DNA of 64,000 nucleotides from Psilocybe cubensis (Eukaryota): NCBI GenBank assembly GCA_017499595.2, contig CM039001.1, positions 4,030,001 to 4,094,000 of the forward strand, read 5' to 3'. Shown piece by piece: positions 40,669 to 53,930 of this stretch (position 1 is its first letter; each line of letters starts with the position of its first letter). The notes under the pieces were generated by a model. It saw only the letters and a program-made list of their open reading frames with translations, ran no database searches and was not told where the DNA came from. The position numbers and the translations under genes were made by a program.

Positions 40669-43600
40669 CTAGAAACTCCCCGGCACGAAATAATCGTCCT
40701 TCTCCCATTCCATCTCTTGCTTGAGAACACCGTTGAGCAGCAATTCCTGGGTATATATCCTCACCGCCTTCGACGACGTGAGCGGCCTCCAGATAGCAAT
40801 ATCGTCGCTGCAGGAGATAACGTGGCGCAGCGATGGGGCAGTGCTAATGACACGCAGTGTGGGAGTCTGCGTCGATACCTGTAGGACAAATACAGGTAAG
40901 AACATTTTTGAACGGGAATAGAACGGGCATCGGCGTGCAGGGTAGATGCAACAACGTAATGGAGGGCAAAAGTGAGAAGGGTGGTAGCATGGCTTACCTG
41001 ACCGCCCGACGCTACGACGACGTTCTTGAGTAGCTTTGCATCCACGGGGACGCGAGGTGTTAGATAGAAGATGTGGCCCTTCAACAGACCTCCATCCTTT
41101 ATATTTTCTTTGGCACGTTCAAGGGCCTGTACGAGGTTGACGCCGTATTTATTCTCGCCGGATTTATCCTTGAGAATGAAACCCTTTTCAGCTGAGAAAA
41201 AGGTCAGATTTGTAAAGTAGATGCACAGAGAAAGACAAAGACGAACGTAAGATCTTCCTTGCGTTTGCGCTTTCAATGGCCCACCTGTCCTGTAGCACCC
41301 ATGGGGCGCGCGACGCCACAGCACACAGGAACTTTTCCGTACGGACCACATGTGGGGCGAGCAAGTGCGTGCATTCAGATGCACGTACCGTGATCTTGAC
41401 TCCCAGCTTCACAAGAGTCTGATACAGAGAAATTGAAGGTTAGACACCCATTGATGTCCCGAGACGCAGTGTTAAGACCCACCTTAACCACGTCATCTGC
41501 GAGTGTTACCTGCGTCGTCATGATCACGATGCCCTGGCCCGGTAATCTAGCAAGCCATGTTCAGCATCCATACTACCCAGCCCAAGAATGAAAACGAAAT
41601 ACTCACGACTGATCGACGTCCATGTCGTCATCCTGCGCCTTCGCCTTCGCCTTCTCGCCTACCCTCCTCTTCTTTACCGCCTTCCCATCTGCTTGGTCTG
41701 CTGTGCTTTGGTCGTCCTCGCCATCACCTGCGGTCTTCTTGCGTTTTTCACTCGGTCCAGGCACGCGTACATCTTCACCCTCATCAGCGAGAGCAAACGC
41801 GGTACTGCTCGCTGCATGGCTGGACGCGCGCCGTGCCTTCTTCACCTGCGACTCGTAGTGCACCAAATCTGGCATGATCGTTTCATGCAGGCGCTGTGAT
41901 GCTTTTGCAGCTGCACTCCTGCGAGGAGGCGCGGACACTGCTGACGGCCCAGCATTCGAGATTGAAACGGAAACAGAGTCGTCGACGTCCATAGGTGCGT
42001 CATTGGATTGTTTTGCCTTAGCCTTTGAGCTCGTGGCGGCCGTCGCGTTTGTCGCTTTCCCACCTTTCCGCCCCTTGTCCGCGGCCGATATCGATGTCTC
42101 AGCTACACCATTCACCCTTATAGGTGTAGCAACCGCGCTCGACGACGTCGCCTGCTGGCCCGCAACAGCGCGTAGGCTTTCCGTGCGCGTCAGGGCGCGC
42201 GCAGCACGGCTTGGGCTGACCAACAAACTGACTTCATCTTCTTCCTCCGACTCGTTCTCCGACTCTGTGGGCAGTGTTGATTTCGCTGATTTGGCCTTCG
42301 CGCTGGGTTTGGGTTTTGAGGTTGCTTTAGTGGTACCAGGTTTGGCTTTGGACGCTTTCCGCGCAGGTCTCTCTTCCTCTTCTTCCTCTTCCTCGTCGGA
42401 TGATGGAGCAGCGGTTTTCTTCCCCTTCCGCTTCACACCGAAGGCAACAGATGTTTGATCACCCCCATGGGCGTCCACATAATCCTTCCCTCTCCTTTTG
42501 CCGCGTTTCAATGTGCTCGGGGAATGATCGACAGCCTTGGACTTTGCTTTCGCTTTGGTGCCTTTGCGAGGCGGTACGTCGTCTTCATCTTTATCCTCCT
42601 CCTCCTCTTCTTCTTCGGACTCAGTCTCTGACGCAGCAGCAGCAACTTTCTTCGCTGTCTTCCCCTTGCCATAGGTCTTTTCTACCTTCCCTTTAACCTT
42701 CGCGAGACTGTTGGCCTTCTTCTTCCTCTGTCTCTCAGCTTCCTCCTCCGCGGCCTTCCGCTCCTTTGCCTCCCTTTCTTTCGCATCCTTCGCGCGTTGC
42801 TCAGCCTTGGACAACGTAAAGGGGTTCAAAGGCAGCCCATCATCGGAATCTTCCTCGTCTTCTTCCTCATCTTCCTCGTCGGGAGATGAGTACACGCGCA
42901 AAGGCTTCTTACGCTTGCTCGGCGAGGAGAGCTGGGCATGGTCGCGTTCTGGAGGTTGGGATGGGGAGGGGGGTGGTGCGTGTTTTTTGGATTTCGAAGT
43001 GGCACCAGGACGTTTTTTAGGCGGTGGGAGATCCTCTTCCTCTTCAGCTTCCTCTTCCTTTTCTTCTTCCTCCGAGGCGGACGACGCGGAAACTTTTGCA
43101 GCTTTCTTGTCTTTAGCTTTTATCTTTGCGACTGCTTTCGGTGTCGGTTTAACTTTGGACTTGGAGGATGAGGTTTTGGAAGTAGATTCGATCTTGCGGC
43201 TTGAGACGACGATCTCCTCGTTTTCCTCCTCCTCCGTATCGACTTCTTCCTCAGATTCCACAACCTTCGCTTCCGCGTCGTCGTCGTCGCTGACGGCCTT
43301 CTTCCCCTTCCTCCCCTTCGTATGTTGTGATTTCGCCTTCACTTTCCCTTTGGGGGAGACCACCTTTGCTTCCTCCACCTGCTTGCCCTTGCCCCTCACC
43401 GAATCTCTAGCTTTCACCTCTTTACCTTTACCCTTGCTCTTTCCCTTCGCGACGGCGATCACCTGCTCGGGTTCAACAACCTCATCTTCACTCTCACTCG
43501 TCTCGACATAAACATCGCTCCGCTTCCTTTTCTTCCCCTCATCTCCAGGCTTACGCCGCTTCACGCGCGTACGCGCGTCCACTTTGATCATACGGGTTAG

Positions 43601-46600
43601 GAGACCTCCTCCGGCAGTTGATGCAGCGGGGGTGGTGTCGGGCTTAGGGGCGGCGGAGGGCGTGGTGGTTGTGGTTGTACCAGAAACCCGTGACGGTGTA
43701 CCGGTGCCTCCAGTCGCCTTGGCGGCGGCGGCAGTCAAACCTTTCGCAGGGCTCGGAACGGTGATCTCGACAGTGACGCGCCGCGTAAGCGGCTTCTTCT
43801 TCGCCGGCGCTGGTTTTGACGCCTCCTCGACATCCAGCTCAACGTCCGTACTCTGAGCGCTTTTGTTGTCATCCTCGTCTTCGTCTTCGGTACCTGAACT
43901 GACTTGAACCGTTTTCTTCGACTTGGATTTGGATGATGACGAGGCCTTTCCATTCTCGGCGACTTTCGAGCTCGTCTGTGGTGTCAATTTTGATGTGGGC
44001 GATTCTTTGTTCGTGGACTTTGACTTCATTTTCGTAGTGGACTTCGCTTTTGATTTCGGGGGATGTTCGGCGTCGATATCAACATCCATCGCGTCTCCAT
44101 TTCCGCCTGTATCGTCCTCGACACCTTCGTCCTCATCCTCCTCATCAGAGCTACCGGGTACACGCGTCTTCCTGTTCTTCACCTTTAACTTGTCCTCTGC
44201 GCGCTTTTTCGTATCCGTGTTCGTGCTAGCTTTGCCTGCGGACTTCGGTGTCGACTTCGGTTTTGATTTCTTCAGAACAGGAGATTGCGGTCGTTCCTCT
44301 TCCGCCTCCTCGGCAACCACATCCTCCTCCTTGTTCTCGTTATCTGCCTCGGATTCGGTCTCAGACGCTGGTTTTGCCGGTTTTGACTTCGATTTCTCCT
44401 TAACGTTGGATGCAGACCTGGGAGTCTTCCCCGATGACTTTGTCTTCTCTTTTCGTCTTTCATCGTGGTCGTCGCTTTCCTCGGATAACGGCGACGATGG
44501 GACCTCGATTACCGTTTCCTTACGATACCCTTCCTCTTCCTCATTCTCATCTGATCCAGAGTCTCGAGGCTTTCCTTTGAACTGAGATTTGGACTTGATC
44601 GGTGCTGGCTGCTTCGACTTTCTTGGGCTAAAGGTCGGCTTCACGGGAGAGCTCTTCCCTTTCTCCTTCTCCCTCTCCCGTTCCAAAGATACAGGCCTAG
44701 CTTTCTTCGTGCTGACCTTCACTCCATCTGCATCTTCGTCATCCACCTGACCAGGATCATCCACATCTATCTCCATCGCATCATCGGCATCGACAAGATC
44801 ATCCATGACCTCCTTCATACTCGCTTCCGTCCCGTTCGGGGGGTGCACTTCTGTGAAATGATCACCGGTACCAGCATCAACACCAGCTGCACCAACAGCG
44901 GGAGCGGAAGCAGCAACAGCCTCTGCCCGAGCCTCCGCTTCATCCGTTTCGCTATCCCCCAGCTCATCCCCCTCCTCCGCAAGCTCTTCTGCCTCCTGCT
45001 CAATCCTGCCCAACTCTCTTTCTTCCCCCTGCCCCTCCTGCGTCTCATCCTGTGTCTCTCCTTCGCCTACACCCACCCTAACAACCGCTCCCCACCCACC
45101 ACTGATCCCATTTCGCACGCCCACCGCGACCCCGCGCTCGCCAAGTCGACGGCTCCAGTCGTCACCCGTGCGGAAGATGATGTATTTGGGGTTCGCGGGC
45201 GTGAGATTGCGCCATGCAATGAAGCAGTCTTCCAGCCAGGTATGGTTTACGATCGGGATCGACCAGGCCGTTGCTTTGGTGGCTTTGGTGCCGGAAATAC
45301 TGATAAGGGCCAGCAATGACAAGGGTAGATCAAGAATACGAGGAGGAAGAGTTGGAAGAAAAAAGGAGAATTGAAGTTGCGTTAGTTAAAAAAATGAACC
45401 GTCGACGTCGCGACGAAAACAAGAGAAACGTACTATGCAGCCACCAGCACGGTGTTACTCCCCGACATACTTGGCGTGAACGTCGCACCCATTGCAGTGA
45501 CCAGCTTCTTGATGTATTCCCTCGCCTCTCCCGTATAATTCGTTACTGTGATCACCTGTTAGTTGATATGTGCGTTAGTGGTCCAGTTGTATTTTTGGTT
45601 GTAGCAAATATAAAAGTGCCGTCCAAAAACGGCATACGAATACCCTAAAACGGCAGAACCCAAAAAGAGTAGATGACAAGCAAAAATGAGAAATGAGGTT
45701 CCAAAAATGGCATATAACCTGAGTGTCAACCAAAGAAGTGGCTTCTCAAAATGGTATACCCATTTCCAAAAAGAGTAGAAGCCCAAAAGAGTAAATGTCA
45801 AACGAAGGAAGACACCAAAAACGGCAAAATTGCATGCGAGCAATCGAAGAACAGTCGACAGAAAGAAAGAAGTGGCAAAAGTAGCTCACATGGGCGCTAA
45901 AACCCTCGATCCGCCGCTTTGGAACTGGATAATGCAGCAGCTGGTTCAGCGGGTGCGAGAGCACACCGCACGACTGCACATGGAACAGCCATGCAAGTGT
46001 TCCGACGAGCTTCTGCGTCCGGACGGCCTGTACAACAGCCAATTCACAAAAAAAAAAAAACAAATTCAGCGCCAATATCAACAGGAGTAGCAACGATAGG
46101 TGATAGAACCCACGAACCTCAACATAACCCCTTCCTTCGCGCCATCTGGTCACAAGTACATCGCAGTCCTTCACGCGCTCTGCCTCACGCCGACGACGAC
46201 GCCGTTCCTGGCGCGATAGCCGCTCGTCGTAGCCAAATCCACGCTCGCCGTCTTTCCCCACTGTCGATCCATTCGATTTGTTTTCTTGTGCATCCTCCGG
46301 AGAGATAGGAACCTCTTCCTGCTCTTCCTCGTCGCCCTCAAATCTAACCACGATACCACCTGCACGTTCAATGCCAGCCTGTACGCTATCCCTACGTCGG
46401 CCCCACAGCTGCAACGTGCGCGAGAGCAAGATACGGCGTTCTTCCCACACTTTGGGGGCGGAAATGGTTACCACTGCGGGTAAAGAGAAGGACGAGGTGG
46501 GTGGAGGTGCGAGGTGTGCAATTGAGGTATCGCCTTCTGCAGCTCCTGGCACACCACCCACGGCGGACGACGCAGGCGCACCGTCTCCTCCTGGACTTGA

Positions 46601-47644
46601 TGACACCGGCTGAACACCATTTTTGTGCGTGTTGTCGAGGTCGGCCTGAGACGGCGGGGGACACGCGGTGAGTGCAGGGGTGAAACGGGCGGCGGTGACG
46701 AACACACTGCGTTTCAAGCGCGCGCGTTCCGCATCGATATCTGTCGGCTTCTCCTTATCCTTCGTCGGCCCTTGACTCGTGTTGATGCCCTTCTCCTTCT
46801 CCCTCTCCCTCAACAACTCTGGATCAGGCCATTCATACGGCCCCTCCTCAACCCGCACCCCCAGCCGCACAACGTCGTCAAACCAATGTGGGAGTAACAC
46901 TTTTACACCGGTCTCCCGCTGAAAATGCATCGCGGTCTCGTACTCTCTACCCTCTCTGCTCAGCGCAAAAAGATGCGTCACCTCGCGGGTCAGGGATGAC
47001 CGCCATTGCCCCCCAAGTGAAGTGACACCTGCTTGTAAAGTGATGATATCAGAGGGCGAGAGAGATGTGGTGGATGCGGAACAGGTGAGAGAAGAAAATA
47101 GTAGGGAAGGGTCGGGCGAGTAGTGTGCTGGGCTATTTCAGTACAAGTTAAGAATCTGTCAGCACAAAAGAAAGGAGTAAAACACGCACTGCTGCATCTT
47201 GCCCAACACAACCCCGCGCTCTACCCATGCCGGCAACACGACGTGCACGCTATATTTCTCCTCGCCTGTCACTTCGTCTGGCACACCGCTTCCCGCCTCA
47301 CGCGCACGGCGCCGTGCGATGTCCTCCCATCCCGGGAAGCGCAGTGAGTCGGAAATGACGATTGTTAGGGTTGGGTCTTGGGTTGGCGGCTGTTGCTGTT
47401 GTGCTTGGATCTGGGAGTGTTGTGATGTTGACGGTATTTGTTGTCCCTGAGAGCCCGAATTTCCAGCACGTCGTGCGCCATTGGCAAGCAGCAGGGCGTC
47501 GAGTTGGGCCACGAGGGTCGGCGGTAGGGAGGGGGAGATGTGGTACACGGTGCCGTCGAACAAAGATGGATCATCCTGCTTCTGCTCGGAGTCGTGTTGA
47601 ATTGGATATGGTTGCAAATTAGAATTGGTAGGATCTCGAGTCAT
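40669..47644 (-). CDS. brc1: Multi-BRCT DNA-damage scaffold protein, Brc1/Rtt107-like
   Basis: N-terminal BRCT repeats (LFDGTVYHIS...VVLPAWV; THLFAL...LLPHWFDD; LLHYP...; IVNHTWLEDC), a charged low-complexity linker of over 1100 aa, and a C-terminal tandem BRCT pair (CTHLLAPHVVRTEKFLCA; LLKGHIFYLTP...ELLLNGVLKQE). Confidence 0.85.
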
Positions 47645-48607
47645 TGTTAGCGTAGATGTAGCTGTCGATGTCGATGTCTTTCTGATTGGTTATTACCGTC
47701 GGTAACAACGCCGTGTCGACATAAACGCTAGCCCTCGCTAGATATCAAAACCTAGTATGTAGTAGCGTCAGAAACAGTGGTCCTCAAGTGTCGCAGACTT
47801 TCGGAAGCGAATCCGTAGATTCGAGTCAAGGTACAGTCGAGAACGTGGGGACAAAAGGAAAACTCGAAGAAAACGCGAAACGTTACGCAAGTCACATTTC
47901 ACGTGGGCGCTTACGTGCGCGAGCCGCGATTGACGTGGGACGATCAACGAACAGCGGGCCAAGGATGCGTGGGCTTGGTGATGGGGCAGCGGGCAACCTT
48001 TGTCAAAATATTTCAGCAGATTACAGCGGTGTTGGGCCGGAGAAAGGGGGAGATGTTGTCGAGTTTCACTAGAAAGAAGATGGTAGTAATTTGAACCAGT
48101 TTGAACAAACGCCGGAGGATTTGTGGAACGCTTAGTGTAGGCCTCGGGAAGCCCCTATGGAGGGTTGTCCAGATTTTTTGCTGATTTTGGCTCTTAAATC
48201 TACGGTACCGGGAAGATGAACTCAAAACAGTCTTCCTACATGTAGAAGTTTTTCTCCCTTGCTGGGCATCAACGCGTCGACGCTGACAAAGTTGTGTTTA
48301 AAATTATTCATTGATACGTCGACACACTATTCGTAAGTAATTAAAAAAGTTAAGAAACGGGGTGCCATTGAGCCCTGAAACATCTCGCGCGTGAAATACG
48401 TACTTCTAACCGTTCAATATCACTTGTTTTCCCCGTTGCATGAACCCAACGCTTATATTATCAAATAGAAACGATTGTCGTGAGATATAAGTACATTTAT
48501 AAAGCACCAGAAGTGATCGGAAGATAGATATGATATAGGTCATGAACCCAATATGTTTTACAATATCTATGCTCCTCTACGTGTCGGACTGACGACGCAA
48601 AACCAGC

Positions 48608-49750
48608 TTAGAAAACAGCAAAGTAGGCCTTGTATTGCATGTCCACCTTCTCTTCTCCGGTGTATGGGTCGAAAAATATAACGTTGTCAAGGTTTTCGTT
48701 TAGGTAGAAGTTGTAGGCGAGTCCGCGACTACCTTGCTCTCCAAACATGACACCCCAAAGAATTCCAAAGTCCTACACAATAACATATTTAACGGTTCAT
48801 AAAACTGTCAAGAAAGAACGTACATCTGCTAGAAGGGTGGCAATACCCCACTTCGCCACCTCGGCTTTGAGAACAAAGGCATAGTCGTCGCCTGTGATTA
48901 AGAAAAAATAACATAAAAACTGCTCGAGTATCTCTCCTTCAATTTACTCACTGTCGAAAAGCTGACCTCTCCCCTTTACGTTCTTCAGTCCTGATTTAAC
49001 GTATATCGCGTCGCGGACGCTCTTTGGGAGGACAAGGTACCTGTTTAAATTATGGTTCTGAGCTGTAGTGCCGTTGAAAAGCGATATTAAGATCAAATGA
49101 CTTACAATGTATCTTGTCTGAAGCTTTGGAAAGTGCAGGCATTGCGAGGGTGAGGTAGTCGTGTCAACGGCAAGGCATTGGCTTATATATACCGAGAACG
49201 CCCTCACCTTGTGTGGTGGGTGAGCTCAAGAGATCAAGATAGGTGCCGCTAGCAACATTTTGAATTCTATACGAGAATTGAGGTATGTAAGTAATCACAG
49301 ATGTCGTGAATTTCGATTTGGAAATAAGATGTACTTCATATAATTTCCGTCCTTGACGATCTTCCATTGCATATTCGGCGACCAGGCTGTCCCAATAGCA
49401 TGATTCCAACCTTGGACGCGCGTCCCATTGGCCGCTCCTCCGTTTGACAAGTCGAGGTATGACCCTGTGCGTATGTCCTGAAAAGTGTAGACTTGCTGCT
49501 TTCCAGCCACCTCCTTTATCAGCCATTGCTGGTTAAATGTTTCCTCGTTGCTGGCCTGAATAAAAACTTGGCATGGAGTGCCGTTGTCGGGTTTCGCTGG
49601 AAACATTTTAATGTTAGGAAGAGTGTATAAAGAATGTATACAGGGTGGATTTGAATGTGACTTACCTTGCAGCAGGCCTATCATCATGTTGTTCCCCTGG
49701 AACTGGGTTTTATTAGCGATTGTGTAAACGTGGTTTGCGATAAAGGCCAT
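48608..49750 (-). CDS. MOA-type chimerolectin (ricin-B/beta-trefoil lectin plus agglutinin C-terminal domain) with substituted catalytic residues; linker region possibly frameshifted
   Basis: No signal peptide; NQQW, GSYLDLSNGGAANGTRVQGW, MQW, IQNVASGTYLDL; C-terminal YLVLP...SGL...FDSDDYAFVLKAEVAKWG...GVMFG...LAYNF...IFFDP...YKAYFAVF*. Confidence 0.8.
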
Positions 49751-50674
49751 GTTTCTGAAAGAGGTGGAAGATTTAAAAGCTTGAAGTGAATTCAATGTAT
49801 GATATATTACATCCTAACGTGCTTTATATATTGTCGAACTCAGGCCCCATTTCCCGTTTTGAGGCTCTGACTCGTAAATAACTGTCAGGTTGACAGTGAT
49901 AGGCCTTCCATTAGCATAGTGACTTGTACCGACCACCAGGAGCGCGCTAAGTCTTATTTAGCTGAATCCATCTCGTACAAGACGTATTGTCTAGCCTACA
50001 TTCGCTGGTAAGGTGGATCATACCGCCAAAGACACGGTACGGCCTGTATTCCCGCTAGAAATTGAGCACGATGCCTCTCACGAGCTCCTTCTTTATTGAA
50101 ATGATGAACAGGAGGAATGGACTAGGTTACGATATTTGTTTACACTCGGAGTTGTATTATCCTTTATTACAGATTCAAGAGTTCTGACTCGATGCTCGGT
50201 GATGCCTGTGGCCGGCGCCAAATAACCCAACAGATCGTTTCAATCAATGCCGCCGTTTATTTTGTACACCAGCTTAGGAAGTCAGAATCCTTCCAAAAGT
50301 AGGCAAGTTGCAGACAGCATAGAAGCATGGAGGAAGTAATATGAACAAAGATATACACGCTTACAAACATGGCTTCATACACTTTCTTGACATTCAAAAT
50401 GCACATTGGAAGAAGATTAACTGATTGAGACTGACCGGGTGTAAAGCATTCCGAGATCTAGTGGATAGCTGTAATCATATAATGTCCGCTGAATTCTACA
50501 AAAGAAAAGGCAATATAATGTCCGTTATGGCAAAGCTCCTGAGCAGTGAGCGTGCAACCAGGACTCAGAAAAGACTCACTAATATTCCCCACTCTGCCTA
50601 CCGCTTTGGAAAAATGACCTGGTGAGCATGTGCAGCGTTGTTCACAATGGGCTTGTTGTCCCATGCTGTGCGAC

Positions 50675-51016
50675 AGCCCCCGGGAAGCTCCCCTAGGGGT
50701 TTATTGTCCGTTTCTCGCGGATTTGAGGCCGCCGCAGCCCGCAGGCCGACCGTTGGCCAGATCTGGCGGATTTCAGGCCAAAATTGTGGATTATTGGGAC
50801 GTTTTCCAGGGTCAAATGATATTTTTACATTCTAAATGTTTAAATAGAGAGAAGAAGATACAAAATCCATCAATTTTGCCCAAATATTATACTTTTTGCC
50901 ATAATTTTGTCGGTGTTGACTGATCGACGCCCCGCAGGGGAGAAAAATTTCTATATTTGGAAGTACCCCTGAGAAAGTCTGTCCGGACAAGCCTCCAGGG
51001 GAGCTTCCCGGCGCCT
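50675..51016. mobile_element. MITE, 342 bp, imperfect TIRs, 8-9 bp TSD
   Basis: TGTGCGAC(A) flanks both ends (50667 and 51017). Left end AGCCCCCGGGAAGCTCCCCTAGGGG..TTGTCCG matches the reverse complement of the right end, AGGCGCCGGGAAGCTCCCCTGGAGGCTTGTCCG. Confidence 0.8.
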
Positions 51017-51835
51017 TGTGCGACAAAGATGCAAACCTACACAAACAAAATATGAACTGAAGGTAACACCCCCGTGAACAGTCAATGGAAAGCTAAAGAA
51101 AGACCCGACATCAATGATGAAGCAATAAAAAGATAGAAGATGGACGTTCTGATTTGGGACTAGTCCATCCAGGCTTCCAGCCAACCCGCTTTACTCGAGT
51201 CCTCATCTCGCTTGCTAAATAAAGGGTCGTAATATAGATTTCTAGATACTAGAAAAGTTATTCAATCTCTTCAGTCAAGAGTGCAGAAAGGCGCGCAAGG
51301 AGTTGACTGGGATGAGAGTGGTAAGGAGACCAAGTGAGGTCAAAATGCAGATTCGAAACAGGGAAGTAAGCATGCGGCTGTAATAGCTTGCTTTGCGACG
51401 ATATAAACGAATCCAAGACAACAAGAAGTTTTCTATTTTACTTCTATTGCTTCTGTGCAAGAGGAGCCGTTCAAAGCTGAGAAGGATAACCAGTGGCAGA
51501 TGAGACGACGCCGAAGGCGTGAGAATTACTCAGCAATTCCCGAGATCGTATCATTGATTCGTAGTGGCATCACATGGGGTATATGCCGACGTTCATCATG
51601 ATGTACAGAAGCAACATGGAATCATTCAACTGAGAAATATCTGCTGTGTCTACGGATAAGTTTCAAACCAGAAATTATAGACAGATTATAGGATGATAGT
51701 TCAACTGAGGCGTGATTGCTCTTTAACGAATAACTTCGGTCTCTTGACACCTCCAAAGAACACACTGTCAGGATCGCGTATAAATATGGGGGAATACAAT
51801 GGAGCAATGAGCATTATCATCGACATATCGCAATC

Positions 51836-53145
51836 ATGTCCCAACTCAACCCATTGATTCCAGCCAACATTGAAACTTACACAATCAGTTCAAATCTTCA
51901 TTCTTCAATGGTTCTAAACTGCCTTATGGGTACGTCTGTGGTTTTAGCGATCGTTCACTGGAGAGGAGCATAATTTGAGAACTTTGCTAGGGATCTACAC
52001 CGTCGTTTATGGCGTAACCGTCTACGTTTACTGTACGTGGATAAATCTCGACATGCTTTGAGGGATACTAATATTATACCCAAGTTTCGAAAGCGTTATC
52101 CAAAACGGGTCACAGCAGCAAGATTGTTTTGGCAACGATATCCATTCTATACTGGTTAAACTTGTTGAATTTCACCACTCAGTGGTACTTCCTGTCTTGG
52201 TCTTTTACCGTTAACGGAGATACACGGGATTCAGTGTTCTGGTCATTGTTTGACTATCCAACTTGGTTCGTAGATATGTCCGACATCATTGAAATTATGC
52301 TGCTTGTTATATCTGATGCACTTTTGGTACGAAACTTTTTGAAGTTAATCTTTAGGTGTGGCTAATCCGTTGTGGTAGATCTGGAGATGCTACCATGTAT
52401 GGGGAAAATCATTCAAAATTATCGCAATACCCCTGGTATTACTAGTGGCAGAATTTGGTATATATTCAATTCATGGGTCGTATATCATAAATCTGAGTTT
52501 GTTATACAGCACTTTCTATCGTTGATATCGTTTTTCTTTCGATTACTCCACAGCTCACCAGTGCTGCAGGCGCAGCTTTGGCAAATAATCTTGCAACTGC
52601 TTTATTCTTCCTATCTATGGGAAGTACATCCTCCGCCACGTTTCTCATCGGATACAGAATATACACTGCTTCGGAAATTCAGAGGAGATCAAGGAAGAGA
52701 TATGCGCATATTGTAGCGACCATTGTGGAATCATCTGCAGTTTATGCAGTGGTTCTCCTTTTTCAGGCATTGTATGCGAGCATCCCAGTGATCAATGAGA
52801 TACAGTCTCCCTGGTCACAGGGGAAATCCTACATGGGCGCGGCTGCATATATTGTCTCGGTATTTTTTGCATTTGAGGTTATACATACCCTCGTGTGCTC
52901 ATGCCTTTCTTTATCAGGGACTCGCGCCGACTGTCATGGTTCTGCGTTTGGCACTCGCCACCGAAGTCAATATAGTCTCAACAGGTGGTGTTACACACAT
53001 CTCTGAGATCAATTTCGACAACAATCACGCCGGGAGTAGTGCCTCTGAAAACATTGAAAGTACAGCAAGCGTAGAGCAATCCTCTTCTGTAATGATTAGA
53101 GCGCCGAGGAAAACGAAGGCACGGCTATGCACTGCGGGGAGGTAA
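51836..53145 (+). CDS. Multi-exon, multi-pass membrane protein, same family as 785-2082 (paralogue 3)
   Basis: MSQLNPLIP...; NGDTRDSVFW; ISDALL|IWRCYHVWGK; ATFLIGYRI...ATIVESSAVY; GLAPTVMVLRLA. Confidence 0.85.
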
Positions 53146-53930
53146 TATCAAGTAGAAGTTGTTATATTTAATTAATTCCTTAATTAATCATATTCATCTT
53201 TGATTACATGTCAACTCTTCATGAGTCGCAACAAATTCATTCTAATCGATACTTGTTTTATTGAGTTCGCAGGTATCACCCGTACCAAACTCAGCTACTC
53301 ACCATCCGAGAAATGTTTCGAGTGACCAGGAGTATCAAAAAACCCTGGAGACTGTAAACTTGAGTGATCCTTTCCTGATCCGTGTAATTCACAATCTTCA
53401 GTATGAGTCACGACTTTTTATAGCCAGTGATAATTACCGTATCCAGACCCAACGACCTTTACAATTACCATAACGGCAGTCGTTGTGTAGTCATAACCAA
53501 ATTTACTCTCTCCACGTGGGATATACGTATACTTGTTACAATGAAGTGGCGGTCAGAGTTAGCATCTTGAATTAGACGTATACAGCGCCAAACGAGGATA
53601 TGTACGCCACTACTAAGCGTATCGGTCGCAAGACTCGCAGCCACTCAGGCCCTCCTCGAGTGGAGGCATTACATGGATACGACTTGCTTTGACCAGTTTT
53701 ACATTGCAAATTATTGTCAAGGCGTTTGAAAAGACGCGCGCTTTACTGCCATTTGAGGCAACGGCGTAGTTGCAAAGACCCGCGGGCCAACCTCGGGCGC
53801 TTCAATGCAGGGTGGCGCATGAAACTATCGAGAGGCGCATTGTTAGCTTAAATTCTATAAAAGCCGGTTTCTAATGCTCTTCAGTACAGTAGGAATCCAT
53901 CCCTCAATCACTGAAATCGACGATCCAACA

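Noticed and set aside
41874..44585. Long plus-strand Ser/Phe-rich ORFs
   Set aside because: Antisense shadows of the Lys/Glu-rich brc1 exon.
47870..48400. MCB/SCB-like motifs (ACGCGAAA, ACGCGT) upstream of brc1
   Set aside because: Plausible for a DNA-repair gene, but these are short motifs that also occur elsewhere in the window; not distinguishable from chance by eye.
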